This document shows, one piece after another, positions 9,851 to 19,670 of a DNA stretch of 64,000 bases. Source of the stretch: a virus (lineage: Duplodnaviria > Caudoviricetes); IMG/VR virus record IMGVR_UViG_3300020191_000008, positions 14,341 through 78,340 of that record, one strand, 5' to 3'. Both the position numbers and the translations under genes were made by a program. The notes below the pieces were generated by a model. That model ran no database searches, was not told where the DNA came from, and saw nothing but the letters and a program-made list of their open reading frames with translations. Each line of letters begins with the position of its first letter. The first letter of the stretch is position 1.

Positions 9851-9856
9851 GTGTAA
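9851..9856 (+). promoter_or_regulatory. GTGTAA putative late-promoter motif
   Basis: Abuts the terminator, 10 nt before ATG 9867. Confidence 0.55.
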
Positions 9857-9866
9857 TAAATAGGGA

Positions 9867-10238
9867 ATGAAAGTTTATCAAAGAGTAACTGGACATGAAA
9901 AATCAATTACAAATTTCGAAGTTGTAGTCGATGATACTTATTCTGGATTTTCTATACTCGCTGGGACAGCAACAGAAGAAGGCGACGATTTAACAAATAT
10001 TTCTTACGGATTCAATGGCTACGAAGGATATATTTTTGATTTTTCTGGTCGGTTTGTTGGGGGTTACTCTAAAGATATCCCAATAAATATATCAGTTCAT
10101 ATGAAAGATGATAATACTTATTCTTACTTCATAAACGATGCTTTAATATGTAATAATATGGATGGGATTACAGGATTCAACAGCATTGAATTTAACAAAC
10201 ATGGAGATTCATCTATATTTATCGAATATATAGCCTAG
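9867..10238 (+). CDS. Small beta-sandwich virion/tail protein
   Basis: 123 aa, acidic and aromatic beta strands; within the tail module and preceded by the late motif. Confidence 0.4.
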   Translation: MKVYQRVTGHEKSITNFEVVVDDTYSGFSILAGTATEEGDDLTNISYGFNGYEGYIFDFSGRFVGGYSKDIPINISVHMKDDNTYSYFINDALICNNMDGITGFNSIEFNKHGDSSIFIEYIA

Positions 10239-10244
10239 TAAGAA

Positions 10245-10272
10245 TTGAATTATCTTTTTTTTTACTTATAAT
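10245..10272 (+). promoter_or_regulatory. sigma70-type promoter
   Basis: TTGAAT-16 nt-TATAAT, 13 nt before ATG 10286. Confidence 0.5.
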
Positions 10273-10285
10273 AAATAGTAGAAGT

Positions 10286-11074
10286 ATGAAAGACCTGTAT
10301 TCGTTTGAGATCAAAAGAAAAGTCAAAGAAAAAATCGCTTACAATAAGGAAGATAAAAATGGTAAGATTGTAGAAGCCTTTAAGACTAAGACTAAAACAC
10401 TTTCCAACAAGGTTATTTTTAAAAAACCTTCTTTTTCAGACATTGAAGATGCCGAGTTTTTTTACGGCCAAAAATACAATGAATTTATTAATTCTGGTTA
10501 TCTAACTAGACTCATGCTCAATAAGAAAATTGGAGACATGGGGGGATCTTCTTCCAAACTTTCCGACGAACTTATTCAAAAAGCATTCTTAGATAATCTA
10601 GAAGCATCAAAAGTAATTGAGTTTTACGAAGGTCAAAAGGGATTAAATAAAGAACAGGAAAGCAAACTTTCTGAAGCAAAGAAGACATTCGCATCAACAC
10701 AAAAAACCATCTCAGATTTCGAGTCTTTTCATAGGAGCCAATATGACCAAACAGCAGAGGCAAAAGCTGAACAAAAGATAATTGAGTGGTTTATTTTCAA
10801 TTTTTCATTTTATGAGGATGAGATAGACGGAAAAAAAGAAGAATTCCCTATTTTTGAAGGGGATTACTATGAAGATAAAAGATCTCATTATTTAAGCCTA
10901 TGTGAAGATGAAGAAGATATTGAAGATAAATCATTATTGAAGAATAAAGGAATTTTTGATCAATCTTTTGAAACCTTGGCTAAAGTAGCTAACCTGTGGT
11001 ATAACAAAATGGGTTCTAATCAAAAGGAAATTGAGAAATCTTTGGAAGAAGTTTTTCCTTTAATTGATGAATAA
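10286..11074 (+). CDS. Probable tail assembly chaperone 1
   Basis: Charged, helical 262-aa protein between the tail tube and tape measure genes; assigned by position. Confidence 0.45.
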   Translation: MKDLYSFEIKRKVKEKIAYNKEDKNGKIVEAFKTKTKTLSNKVIFKKPSFSDIEDAEFFYGQKYNEFINSGYLTRLMLNKKIGDMGGSSSKLSDELIQKAFLDNLEASKVIEFYEGQKGLNKEQESKLSEAKKTFASTQKTISDFESFHRSQYDQTAEAKAEQKIIEWFIFNFSFYEDEIDGKKEEFPIFEGDYYEDKRSHYLSLCEDEEDIEDKSLLKNKGIFDQSFETLAKVANLWYNKMGSNQKEIEKSLEEVFPLIDE

Positions 11075-11942
11075 AAAAGACTCCAAAATATCTCTGCTTC
11101 TTTTGGATATTTTGCGAGGTTACAGTAAGTTTCAACATAAATCAAAAACTTATTACCTGAAGCATTCTACTGTTTTTAATTCTTTAGAGCTAGAGGAGTA
11201 TGAGTCTGAATGTTTAGATTCAGCCCTCAAAAAAGGCATTAAGAGTGAAAAGCAGCTCATAGAGATGGCCATTAAAAGGAAATCTTGGTCTTCTTTAGAA
11301 GAGGATAAAATTAAAAATCTGAAGTGGGTAATTGAGAAGTCAGAATCAGCGGCTTCTAAAATAGCCGATAACATGGCAAGAAAGTCATTTGAAGATTCGG
11401 TTCTCAATCAAAAAAAAGAACTACATGAGCTTGAATCTAGAAGGCACAGTTTGATCGCTCACAGTGCTGAGAGCTTCGCTGCAAGGAAAAGAAATTATAA
11501 GGAACTAAGTTCTAATTTATTTGAGGACTTAGAGATGAAGAAAGAAATTTGTCAGGATGATATTTTTCTTATAATGGGGTCAATTAATGAGAAATTAGAA
11601 GAGATAAACAACTATGATAACATGATTAATATGTCTTATCATTATTTATTTTTTGACGTTTATTGCCTAATGTACCGTCAACCAAACGAAATGATTGATA
11701 AAACCATTTACGATATAACAAACTGGCAAAAGACTCTGCTTTCTTGTGCTTCTGTGCTTTTGAGTAAACTGAAGAACTATGATGTTCCGAACCATGTATC
11801 AGAAGATGCTATAAAGCTTTATCAATATTCTCCAAAAGACAATGACACAAATAATCCCGAAAATAAAGTAACCCATGGAGTTGCAGATTTAAGGGAAAAA
11901 ATGGCTCAAAAACAAGGCAAGCTTACTGCGGAAGATTTTTAA
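11067..11942 (+). CDS. Probable tail assembly chaperone 2
   Basis: Charged helical protein immediately before the TMP. ATG 11067 preferred over TTG 11064. Confidence 0.45.
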   Translation: MNKKDSKISLLLLDILRGYSKFQHKSKTYYLKHSTVFNSLELEEYESECLDSALKKGIKSEKQLIEMAIKRKSWSSLEEDKIKNLKWVIEKSESAASKIADNMARKSFEDSVLNQKKELHELESRRHSLIAHSAESFAARKRNYKELSSNLFEDLEMKKEICQDDIFLIMGSINEKLEEINNYDNMINMSYHYLFFDVYCLMYRQPNEMIDKTIYDITNWQKTLLSCASVLLSKLKNYDVPNHVSEDAIKLYQYSPKDNDTNNPENKVTHGVADLREKMAQKQGKLTAEDF

Positions 11943-11948
11943 GTGTAT
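11943..11948 (+). promoter_or_regulatory. GTGTAT putative late-promoter motif (tape measure)
   Basis: 9 nt before ATG 11958. Confidence 0.55.
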
Positions 11949-11957
11949 TAAATTAAG

Positions 11958-14900
11958 ATGGCAGCTCCAATTAACCTTAACGCTAATCTTAACATAAATT
12001 CCTCTAGCATAAATGCGTCTGCGAAACAGGTGCAACAAGCTTTAGGCAGAATCACAGGACAAGCTTCAGAATTTCAAAAGTCTTTAGATGCTTCTACTGC
12101 TCGTGTCTTTGCTTTTGGAGCTACTACTAGTATTATTAATGGGATAAATCAGTCTTTTAAGAAGCTAATCAGTACTACTATTACAGTACAGGCTAAATTG
12201 ACAGAGATAAACTCTATTTTAGGCGCTGGAGCCTCAGAATTCAATAATTATAGAAACTCTATATTCAAAGTCGCTAAAAGTACGGGGCAGTCTTTTCAAA
12301 CTGTAGCAGATGGAGCTGCTGAATTAGCTCGACAAGGACTTGGAGCTGCTGAAAGTGCTAAAAGATTAGAGGCTGCTCTAGTACTAACCAGAATATCTGG
12401 TTTAGGAGCACAGCAATCAGTAAAAGCATTAACTGCGGCAATGAACGGATTCACATCCGCAGGCTTAACAGCAGAGCAAGTTATCAATAAGATCGTTGCT
12501 GTAGACACGGCCTTTGCTGTATCTGCTCAAGACCTTGCGGATGGATTCAGTCGGGCAGGTTCCACCGCCGAAGACGCTGGAGTTAGTTTCGAAGAGCTTC
12601 TTGGTTTAATTACAGCCGTAGAACAGAGGACTGCACGAGGAGGGGCTGTTATTGGTAACGCATTTAAATCAATCTTCACTCGTTTGAGTCGAGGTTCAAC
12701 TATTGAGGATCTTAAAGCTCTTGGGGTAGAAATTAATGCCAATCAATCAGGAGTCCAAAAACTTCAAGCTCTTTCTAAAGCTCTGGAGCAAGTTGCGGAC
12801 CCAACTGTAGCGAGTCAGATAAAAGAGTTAGCGGGTGGAGTGTTTCAAATTAACGTTGTTAGTTCTGCCTTAAAAGATTTAGGATCTGATGCTTCTATTT
12901 TTGCGAGAGCTACTGAAACTGGGTTAAATGCCACTAACGAAGCTACGAAAAAAAACACAGATTTAAATAAGACATTACTGGCTCAAATTAACAGTTTGAC
13001 AGTGTCTATTACGAGTTTTGCAGAAAAGCTTGGTAGTATCACTTTTGGTCCTCTTTTGGAAAATTTAGTTTCACTAGCCACAAAATTATCAGAAGGATTG
13101 GATAGTGCTCTCGACCCAGAAAAAGGCAGTAAATTTATTCAAGGTATATTTAAAGTTATTGGTGGTTTTATATCTGGTCCAGGATTAGCTATCTTTACAA
13201 TTGCTTTCGCTAAGATATTTAAAACAGTTATTAAGTTCGCCAAAGAAGGATTTAAGACTGTTATGGAAATAGGTTCCGCTACTGAAAGAATCAAACAAAT
13301 TGAAGGTGGTCTGATTGGTTTATTACAAAAGGATGCAGGCTTAAGAGAGACACTTCTTAATACTACCGCAACTCAAGCTCAAAAAGAACAAGCTGTAATC
13401 TCTGCAATCCGACAAGAAAATATGTTGTTAGCTCAACAAGAATCTCTTGTTGCTAATATTTCTAATATAGCTAGACAAAGAGGAGTGACTGGATTTGATT
13501 CAAGCACAGGTTCCTTTAAAGGTAAAAGAGGAAGACGTTATGCTGCTGGAGGAGCTGGCGAAATGGAGCCTAACTTGATGACCGCCATGATGAATGAGGC
13601 TAGAGATGCTCCCGCTGGAGCAGTGCCTTATGTTACTAATTTTAGAGGTAGTCCTGCGGTGATGAACACTTCTGAAATGCAAGTAAAAATTGGTGGTAGA
13701 GAGGAAATACTTACGGCAGATCAAATTCCTAGATTTAACGGAGGTAGCGGAAAGAAGAAACAATATAAAGGGAAAAAAGCGTCAGCGAAAGGGACTGATA
13801 TTAAGAATGATAAAGAACTTGGAGATCGTTTCGTATTTTTGACTCCCCAAATAGACGAAAGAAGTTCTTTCGGTCCAATGACGGTGGATAAGACAAGGCA
13901 CAAAGCGACTCATCAAATTCATGGAATAAAGTCATCTCAAATTAAATCAATATCTGACAAGGAAGAAGATACACTTGAATCTAAAGTTAGAAATAGTTTG
14001 TTTAAAGAGGCTTCTGATTGGACTTCAAGAATAAGGCCATTGGATAAATCTGCACCAATATCCGAAATAGAAAAAGGGTTTGATACTATTCGTGGGGCTA
14101 AAGGAGCTTTGAACGGTGCTATTGGATCGGCATTTGAAGTGGGCATAAGCAAGTCTTTAAAATATGAGGGTAGAGAAAGAGATGCGGGTGGTGATTTTGA
14201 TGTTAGAGGAGGGCCAAATATCAGCAAAATTCAAAAGCTTTTTGGGATACGTCAGACTATTGGTGATTTTAAAAATTCTAGCTCTGATGGAAACAAGAGA
14301 TCATTCATCAGAAAAGTTAGAAGAGAAAAAAATGCTGGAGCATTTACCGAAAACGAAGTTAGAGAACAAACTGCTAAAATTAGCGAAAGAGAAGGAATTC
14401 CTCTTAGAGTTGCACGTAGGAAAGCAACTAGCGCACAAAGAGCGAGCAGAAACCCTAGCAGTAACGCAAAAGGCACTATAAGTAATTCTAGGCTAGCTGC
14501 TAGAACTGGCATCCGCCGTTTTGCAAAAGGCTCTCCGACAAAATCTATTTCTGATGTCACAAACGCATCAGAAACTCGACAAAAAATAACTCTTGACTTA
14601 TCAACAGTTCAGAAAGAAATAAAAAGAGTAAATGAAGCATTCGTAGAGGCTAGCAAATCAGCTAAAAAAAGTTCTGCGGGAATCAGGGCAGCAGCAGAAG
14701 TAAAAGCTCACTCTCTAAAAAAGCTAGGTGAGATTTATAAAATAAATACAAAAACAATAACCGCAGCAGCTAACGCCGAAAGAAAAAGAAATTCAATAAT
14801 TTCAAGGGGCGTTAAGGGTGCTACCAAAAAAGGGATAGCAGGAATTAAAGCTTCGGGAGGTTTAGGGGTTGGATTTGCTCTTAGTGCGATAGGAACGGGT

Positions 14901-16526
14901 TTAGATTCTTTGGGTAGAGACGAAGAAGGTAATGAAACAGATAATGAATTTGGGAAAGCAGCTAGAGTTGCTGGCAAAACAGCCAGCTTTGCTGCAACTG
15001 GTGCAATGTTTGGAGGCCCCATAGGAGCTGCGGTTGGTGGAGCTATTGGACTTGGCTTGGGTCTTTTCGAAGAAAGTAAAAAGACAGACGAAAGAAAAGC
15101 TGAAGAAACAGACAAAAGAAATAAGTTAGACTCTAGAGTGGAAATCTCTAAAAGAATGCAGGGTAAGTTATCAGAATTTGGAGATATTGATCAACAATCT
15201 GTTCAATTGAAGAACTTGTCTTTCAGGACTGGAGATACTAGTCTAGATATTTCTAGTGAATTAAAAAGAGCAAAAGAGCAGTTAGATAAATCAGCAGATA
15301 GTGGAGAGGGATTTTACGAAGCTCAAAAAGCTTATAATACTGTATCTAAGAAAGTAGCAAAATTGCTTGGTGATAAAGATGGGATTCAAGCACTTTATGC
15401 AGAAGGCGCTAAAATAAAATCAGAACTTAAATCTTTGATGAGTGAAAATGCTGGAGCTACCCTAAAGAAACAGTTGTCACAAGGGCAAGACGAAGTAGAC
15501 ACAAGATCAGCTTTACTCAATCAGATGGTCGGATCAGACCCAGCAAGCCAAGCAAGAATAGAAGAACTTAAGAGAAAAAATCAAATAGACAATCAAATTT
15601 TGAAAACCGCTGGTGCAAAAGCTAATCAATTAGATTTGCAAGCGCAATTGTCTGGAACAACCGATCCAGCTCAAAGAGCGGAGATAGGCAAACAATTAAA
15701 GGAAGCTGGTAAAACTTTTAATGCAAGTGTCCGTCAAAGTGCTAATTTCCTAGTTAGCAAACAAATGGAAATCTCTAGACTTCTTGAGCAAGGAGCTAAA
15801 GAAAGAATTAATCTAGAAGGAAATGTTCTTAGAGGAGTATTTGCTGACATTACTAAAGGTGTGAGAGAAGGTCCATTTAACCTTGACGAAGTAACTCAGT
15901 TTGGGAAAGACTTTAAATCAGCAAAAACTGATGAAGAAAAAGCTGAAATTATCGCTTCCTTCAATACTAATGTTCTTGGAAAGTTTGGAGGAAATAAAGC
16001 AATGCAAGATTTTCTAAGCAAGATGGCTGGATTTCTGCCTAATTCAGAGAATGATAAAAGTAACATGGTTACAAGCCAAAAAGAAATAGACCGCATTACA
16101 GGCAAAACGGTAGTCACAGGAGGAGAGCGGCAGTCTGACAGAGATACGTTTATATCACTTGGTCAAGGAGGCGTAGCCAAAAAAGCTTTGAAAGACTTTA
16201 ATGATAGGATGGCGGGGTTACAAGCAGAGTTTGATGCCGTATCAGAATCAATAAAAACTTTCTCTACAGAATTCAATGCTGGCCCTGTTGTAGACTCAGT
16301 AAAGGCTACGGCACGTAAACTTAACCAGTTCGCCTACGAGACTTCGAAAGTACCAGAAGCATCAAAAAAACTTGTAGACATTTCCAAGAGAGCAGTGGCA
16401 TTAGCGGGCGTAGCGGAAAAAAATATTGCAGACCAAGAAATAAAACTAGAAGAGTTAAGAAGTAGGCTTGAAAAAGTCGAACTTGATAAAAAGAATATAA
16501 CCAATAATCTGGGTAATGGAGGGTAA
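11958..16526 (+). CDS. Tail tape measure protein
   Basis: 1522 aa, Ala/Gly/Lys-rich helical. TP901-type core (ELARQGLG...ISGLGAQQSV...GAVIGNAFKSIFTRL) and RYAAGG/RFNGG/RFAKG motifs. Confidence 0.92.
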   Translation: MAAPINLNANLNINSSSINASAKQVQQALGRITGQASEFQKSLDASTARVFAFGATTSIINGINQSFKKLISTTITVQAKLTEINSILGAGASEFNNYRNSIFKVAKSTGQSFQTVADGAAELARQGLGAAESAKRLEAALVLTRISGLGAQQSVKALTAAMNGFTSAGLTAEQVINKIVAVDTAFAVSAQDLADGFSRAGSTAEDAGVSFEELLGLITAVEQRTARGGAVIGNAFKSIFTRLSRGSTIEDLKALGVEINANQSGVQKLQALSKALEQVADPTVASQIKELAGGVFQINVVSSALKDLGSDASIFARATETGLNATNEATKKNTDLNKTLLAQINSLTVSITSFAEKLGSITFGPLLENLVSLATKLSEGLDSALDPEKGSKFIQGIFKVIGGFISGPGLAIFTIAFAKIFKTVIKFAKEGFKTVMEIGSATERIKQIEGGLIGLLQKDAGLRETLLNTTATQAQKEQAVISAIRQENMLLAQQESLVANISNIARQRGVTGFDSSTGSFKGKRGRRYAAGGAGEMEPNLMTAMMNEARDAPAGAVPYVTNFRGSPAVMNTSEMQVKIGGREEILTADQIPRFNGGSGKKKQYKGKKASAKGTDIKNDKELGDRFVFLTPQIDERSSFGPMTVDKTRHKATHQIHGIKSSQIKSISDKEEDTLESKVRNSLFKEASDWTSRIRPLDKSAPISEIEKGFDTIRGAKGALNGAIGSAFEVGISKSLKYEGRERDAGGDFDVRGGPNISKIQKLFGIRQTIGDFKNSSSDGNKRSFIRKVRREKNAGAFTENEVREQTAKISEREGIPLRVARRKATSAQRASRNPSSNAKGTISNSRLAARTGIRRFAKGSPTKSISDVTNASETRQKITLDLSTVQKEIKRVNEAFVEASKSAKKSSAGIRAAAEVKAHSLKKLGEIYKINTKTITAAANAERKRNSIISRGVKGATKKGIAGIKASGGLGVGFALSAIGTGLDSLGRDEEGNETDNEFGKAARVAGKTASFAATGAMFGGPIGAAVGGAIGLGLGLFEESKKTDERKAEETDKRNKLDSRVEISKRMQGKLSEFGDIDQQSVQLKNLSFRTGDTSLDISSELKRAKEQLDKSADSGEGFYEAQKAYNTVSKKVAKLLGDKDGIQALYAEGAKIKSELKSLMSENAGATLKKQLSQGQDEVDTRSALLNQMVGSDPASQARIEELKRKNQIDNQILKTAGAKANQLDLQAQLSGTTDPAQRAEIGKQLKEAGKTFNASVRQSANFLVSKQMEISRLLEQGAKERINLEGNVLRGVFADITKGVREGPFNLDEVTQFGKDFKSAKTDEEKAEIIASFNTNVLGKFGGNKAMQDFLSKMAGFLPNSENDKSNMVTSQKEIDRITGKTVVTGGERQSDRDTFISLGQGGVAKKALKDFNDRMAGLQAEFDAVSESIKTFSTEFNAGPVVDSVKATARKLNQFAYETSKVPEASKKLVDISKRAVALAGVAEKNIADQEIKLEELRSRLEKVELDKKNITNNLGNGG

Positions 16527-16528
16527 TA

Positions 16529-18073
16529 ATGAGCTTAATAGTAAATAATGTTATTAATTCCAGTTCTCAAATAAGTTATTCTTATTTAGGGGGAGAGGAG
16601 ATTTTTGGCTATTTAATTAATTTAAATTATACAATAAAAACTGAAGATATTTCTTTTGATAATGATGATGGAGTTTTATTGACAGGAAGATCTGCAATTC
16701 GTCAAGCTTATAAAAGAAAGAATATCACAGCTAGAATAGCTGGAGATGAAATATTAAATGGATTAATAACTCAAGTTTCTTTTTCTGAAAGCTCCTTAAC
16801 TGGAGAAGACATAGTAACCATATCAATAGAAGAAAGAAGAAGGTTGGATGATTATAGTTCTAAAACTTTTTCAAAATATATTCCTAGTCCACATTTATTG
16901 ACAGAGTTTTCAGAAAAATATACTTTCTCAAGGTCTGATTCTAGTTATAGTTATAACAGAGATATATCCATTAAATATGCTCAAGATTTAGGAGATCAAT
17001 TTTTAAATAACGCTAAAGCCTTCTTAACTAATTATTATTTTTCTAATAGGCCATCTATTGGTTATTATGAAGATGGCATTTCAGAGAATGCTAGATTTAA
17101 CGAAGGGTATAATGGAACTTTAACAGAGACTATAGACTTAGTAAACTTGTCTGTATCTTTGAATGAAGTTTTTAATTCTTCGTTTATCTTTGATTCTGAA
17201 GGAGTTTCAAAAGACATTGATATATCGTCAAGTATCGACGATAAAGGTTATTTGAATAAACAAATTTCTGTTAAATTGACTTCTTTAAGATACGATTCTC
17301 AGAATATTTTAGAAGAAGCCATAGCTAATACAATAGATCAAATTATATCTGATGAAGAATCAGATTTCGGAAAACCCTTTTCTATTGAAAAGGGAATTAA
17401 AAAAGACTCCAATGTTGCTGACTTAACAATTCAATTTTCAACAGACCCGAAACTAACAAAAGAAAACTTAGTTACATATACTTGTGAGAAAAGCAAAGAT
17501 CAAGCTTTTTTTACGTATACTTTGGCTGTTACATATAAATCAAAGGGGCCTAATGTACTAGAAAGGTATAACAATACAGTTTCTCTATGGGAATCTTCAA
17601 AAGATAAAAATGAACCCAAAGTATTGAGACTATTTTCTGAAGCTACTTCTATTTACGAAAAATCAAGATCAGCTAGTTTAAATAAAAGTGAAGGAACTAT
17701 TACTGAAAATATAATCTTTTCTACAGATGAAAATTATGATTCTTCGGGGTTACCAAGTGGAATTATAAAATATGCAATTAATGTATCCAAACAAGAAAAA
17801 ATAAAAAGAAATTCTGTTGTTTTGGATTTAATTAATTTAAAGCAAAAATTGGTAACTTCGAATTTAGATCGTCTTGGGTCTGCTTCTGTAACAGCTACTG
17901 CTGTTTGTGATCAAGCTTATGGAATATTTCACGCAAAAGATTTTTTAGCCTCTAAAACTTCCGAAATAAATGACTCTTTGGAAGAAGAAGCTTACTATGC
18001 GACAGCTGATGTAATCCAAATTGATTTATCAAATGGTAGTGCAACTCGTGTAATAAACTATATAATCGCTTAA
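16529..18073 (+). CDS. Tail tip/baseplate-proximal structural protein
   Basis: 514 aa, Ser/Thr/Asn-rich beta repeats, directly after the TMP. Confidence 0.55.
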   Translation: MSLIVNNVINSSSQISYSYLGGEEIFGYLINLNYTIKTEDISFDNDDGVLLTGRSAIRQAYKRKNITARIAGDEILNGLITQVSFSESSLTGEDIVTISIEERRRLDDYSSKTFSKYIPSPHLLTEFSEKYTFSRSDSSYSYNRDISIKYAQDLGDQFLNNAKAFLTNYYFSNRPSIGYYEDGISENARFNEGYNGTLTETIDLVNLSVSLNEVFNSSFIFDSEGVSKDIDISSSIDDKGYLNKQISVKLTSLRYDSQNILEEAIANTIDQIISDEESDFGKPFSIEKGIKKDSNVADLTIQFSTDPKLTKENLVTYTCEKSKDQAFFTYTLAVTYKSKGPNVLERYNNTVSLWESSKDKNEPKVLRLFSEATSIYEKSRSASLNKSEGTITENIIFSTDENYDSSGLPSGIIKYAINVSKQEKIKRNSVVLDLINLKQKLVTSNLDRLGSASVTATAVCDQAYGIFHAKDFLASKTSEINDSLEEEAYYATADVIQIDLSNGSATRVINYIIA

Positions 18074-18074
18074 T

Positions 18075-19670
18075 ATGCCTAATTCTATAACATATGGTAG
18101 TTACTCATTCCCAGAACCTCTCCCATTATTTGCGGAACAGGATCAATCGGTTAATTTGGGCGGACTGTATGATCATAGTGCGATTAATGTAAACATAATA
18201 GGTTATTTTACTGGAGCAGATTTAAGTGGGCTTGATTTGCAAAAAATGCAAATGATTAGTGGCTTTTTAAATGAATACCAAGATTTAACTATAACTGTCG
18301 GCAACGAATCTAAAACATGCCCCAAAGCTTTTGTTCAAAATATTGATTTTGGAGAAAGTGATTCAACCACATTCCAACCGTACAACTTAACTGTTACATA
18401 TTATTCTGGAGAAACTTTTTCTGAATATTTTAGAGTTACTCAACCTGAAAATAATTGGTCCTATTCAGAAGGTGAAAATAAAGTCATAACGGCAACACAT
18501 AGAGTTTCTGCAAAAGGCTTAAAAGTAGATGGAGATAGTGCATTCGATAATGCTAAGAATTTTGTTAATGAAAAATTAGTTGGGTTCGAAAATATATCTT
18601 TATTTAATGGTACTGGCAATGCTTTTCTAAAATCTAGAAATGAAGATATTGATTTAGCAGAAAATTCTTACACAATTACTGAGGTATATTTATATTCTTC
18701 TTCTGATAGGCCCATTTCGAATAAAGGTATTTTAGACGTTTCTACGTCCATTTCTTATAATTCAGAGCAACAGTTATCATTATCTGTTCAGGGGAGCTTA
18801 CAGGGGAGGATAGATGCCAATACGGGCATTCAAGAGGGATTACTGTCTACTGGAGATTTTTCTGCTGAACAAGCTACTGATATTGCAGTTAATGCTTTAG
18901 CGAATTCTTATTCTCAATATGAGTCTGGAGTATATAGTTTTGTTTCTAACGGTCCCTCTTCTTTTAATTATGATTTAAATACTGGATCTAATTTATTAAA
19001 CTTCAGCTTTTCTTTTGAAGATGCTGAAAATTTAGATTTAATTAATGAAGAAGTTCTGCATAAATATAGTTCTTCTGTAAGCGTTTCTAAAGATTCTTCT
19101 ATTGCTAATATCAGTGTTAATGGTAATTTGAGCTATAGAGGAACTTCGATTATCGACAGAGCAGATGATGAAAGTTTAAATGAAAGATTTCTCGCTGTTG
19201 AGTCAGCTTACTCTGAAGTAGATCAATATTCTATAGCTAAGTCTTCTTTCCAAGAATTTACGGGAGTTGCTACTGGATACGAATTTTTATCTTCTTACAT
19301 CGACTCTGAACCTGAAAATTTTAGCATTACTAAAGATCCTATTGAAAATACAATATCTTATAATTATACTTATAGTAACTCTATTGATTTTTCGAATGGA
19401 ACTTTAAATAATTTAAAGTTAACAATAAAAGATAAAAAACCTTTGGTTGTTGTCAATGTTCAAGAAACTATTAGTGGATTTGAAGCTGCTGAAGTAATAT
19501 CTAGAAGCTTGGGCGAGTACTCTGTTTCAGCTAGCGCTAATAATCAAGGAGAAGATTTGGATACATTAAAAGATATTGTGTCTGGATATTGTAGCGGGAA
19601 ATTTTTCCAATCTGAATCTTATGATACTGGGCAAAATTCAATATCTTATAATTTGCAAAAATATTATTAA
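18075..19670 (+). CDS. Tail tip structural protein, probable paralog of 16529-18073
   Basis: 531 aa with similar repeating strand patterns (SRNEDIDLAENSYTITEVY, SITKDPIENTISYNYTYS). Confidence 0.5.
   Translation: MPNSITYGSYSFPEPLPLFAEQDQSVNLGGLYDHSAINVNIIGYFTGADLSGLDLQKMQMISGFLNEYQDLTITVGNESKTCPKAFVQNIDFGESDSTTFQPYNLTVTYYSGETFSEYFRVTQPENNWSYSEGENKVITATHRVSAKGLKVDGDSAFDNAKNFVNEKLVGFENISLFNGTGNAFLKSRNEDIDLAENSYTITEVYLYSSSDRPISNKGILDVSTSISYNSEQQLSLSVQGSLQGRIDANTGIQEGLLSTGDFSAEQATDIAVNALANSYSQYESGVYSFVSNGPSSFNYDLNTGSNLLNFSFSFEDAENLDLINEEVLHKYSSSVSVSKDSSIANISVNGNLSYRGTSIIDRADDESLNERFLAVESAYSEVDQYSIAKSSFQEFTGVATGYEFLSSYIDSEPENFSITKDPIENTISYNYTYSNSIDFSNGTLNNLKLTIKDKKPLVVVNVQETISGFEAAEVISRSLGEYSVSASANNQGEDLDTLKDIVSGYCSGKFFQSESYDTGQNSISYNLQKYY

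Noticed and set aside
11041-11074. Programmed frameshift between tail chaperone ORFs
   Set aside because: A TAA at 11061-11063 in the downstream frame leaves no window for a shift, and there is no slippery heptamer in the overlap.
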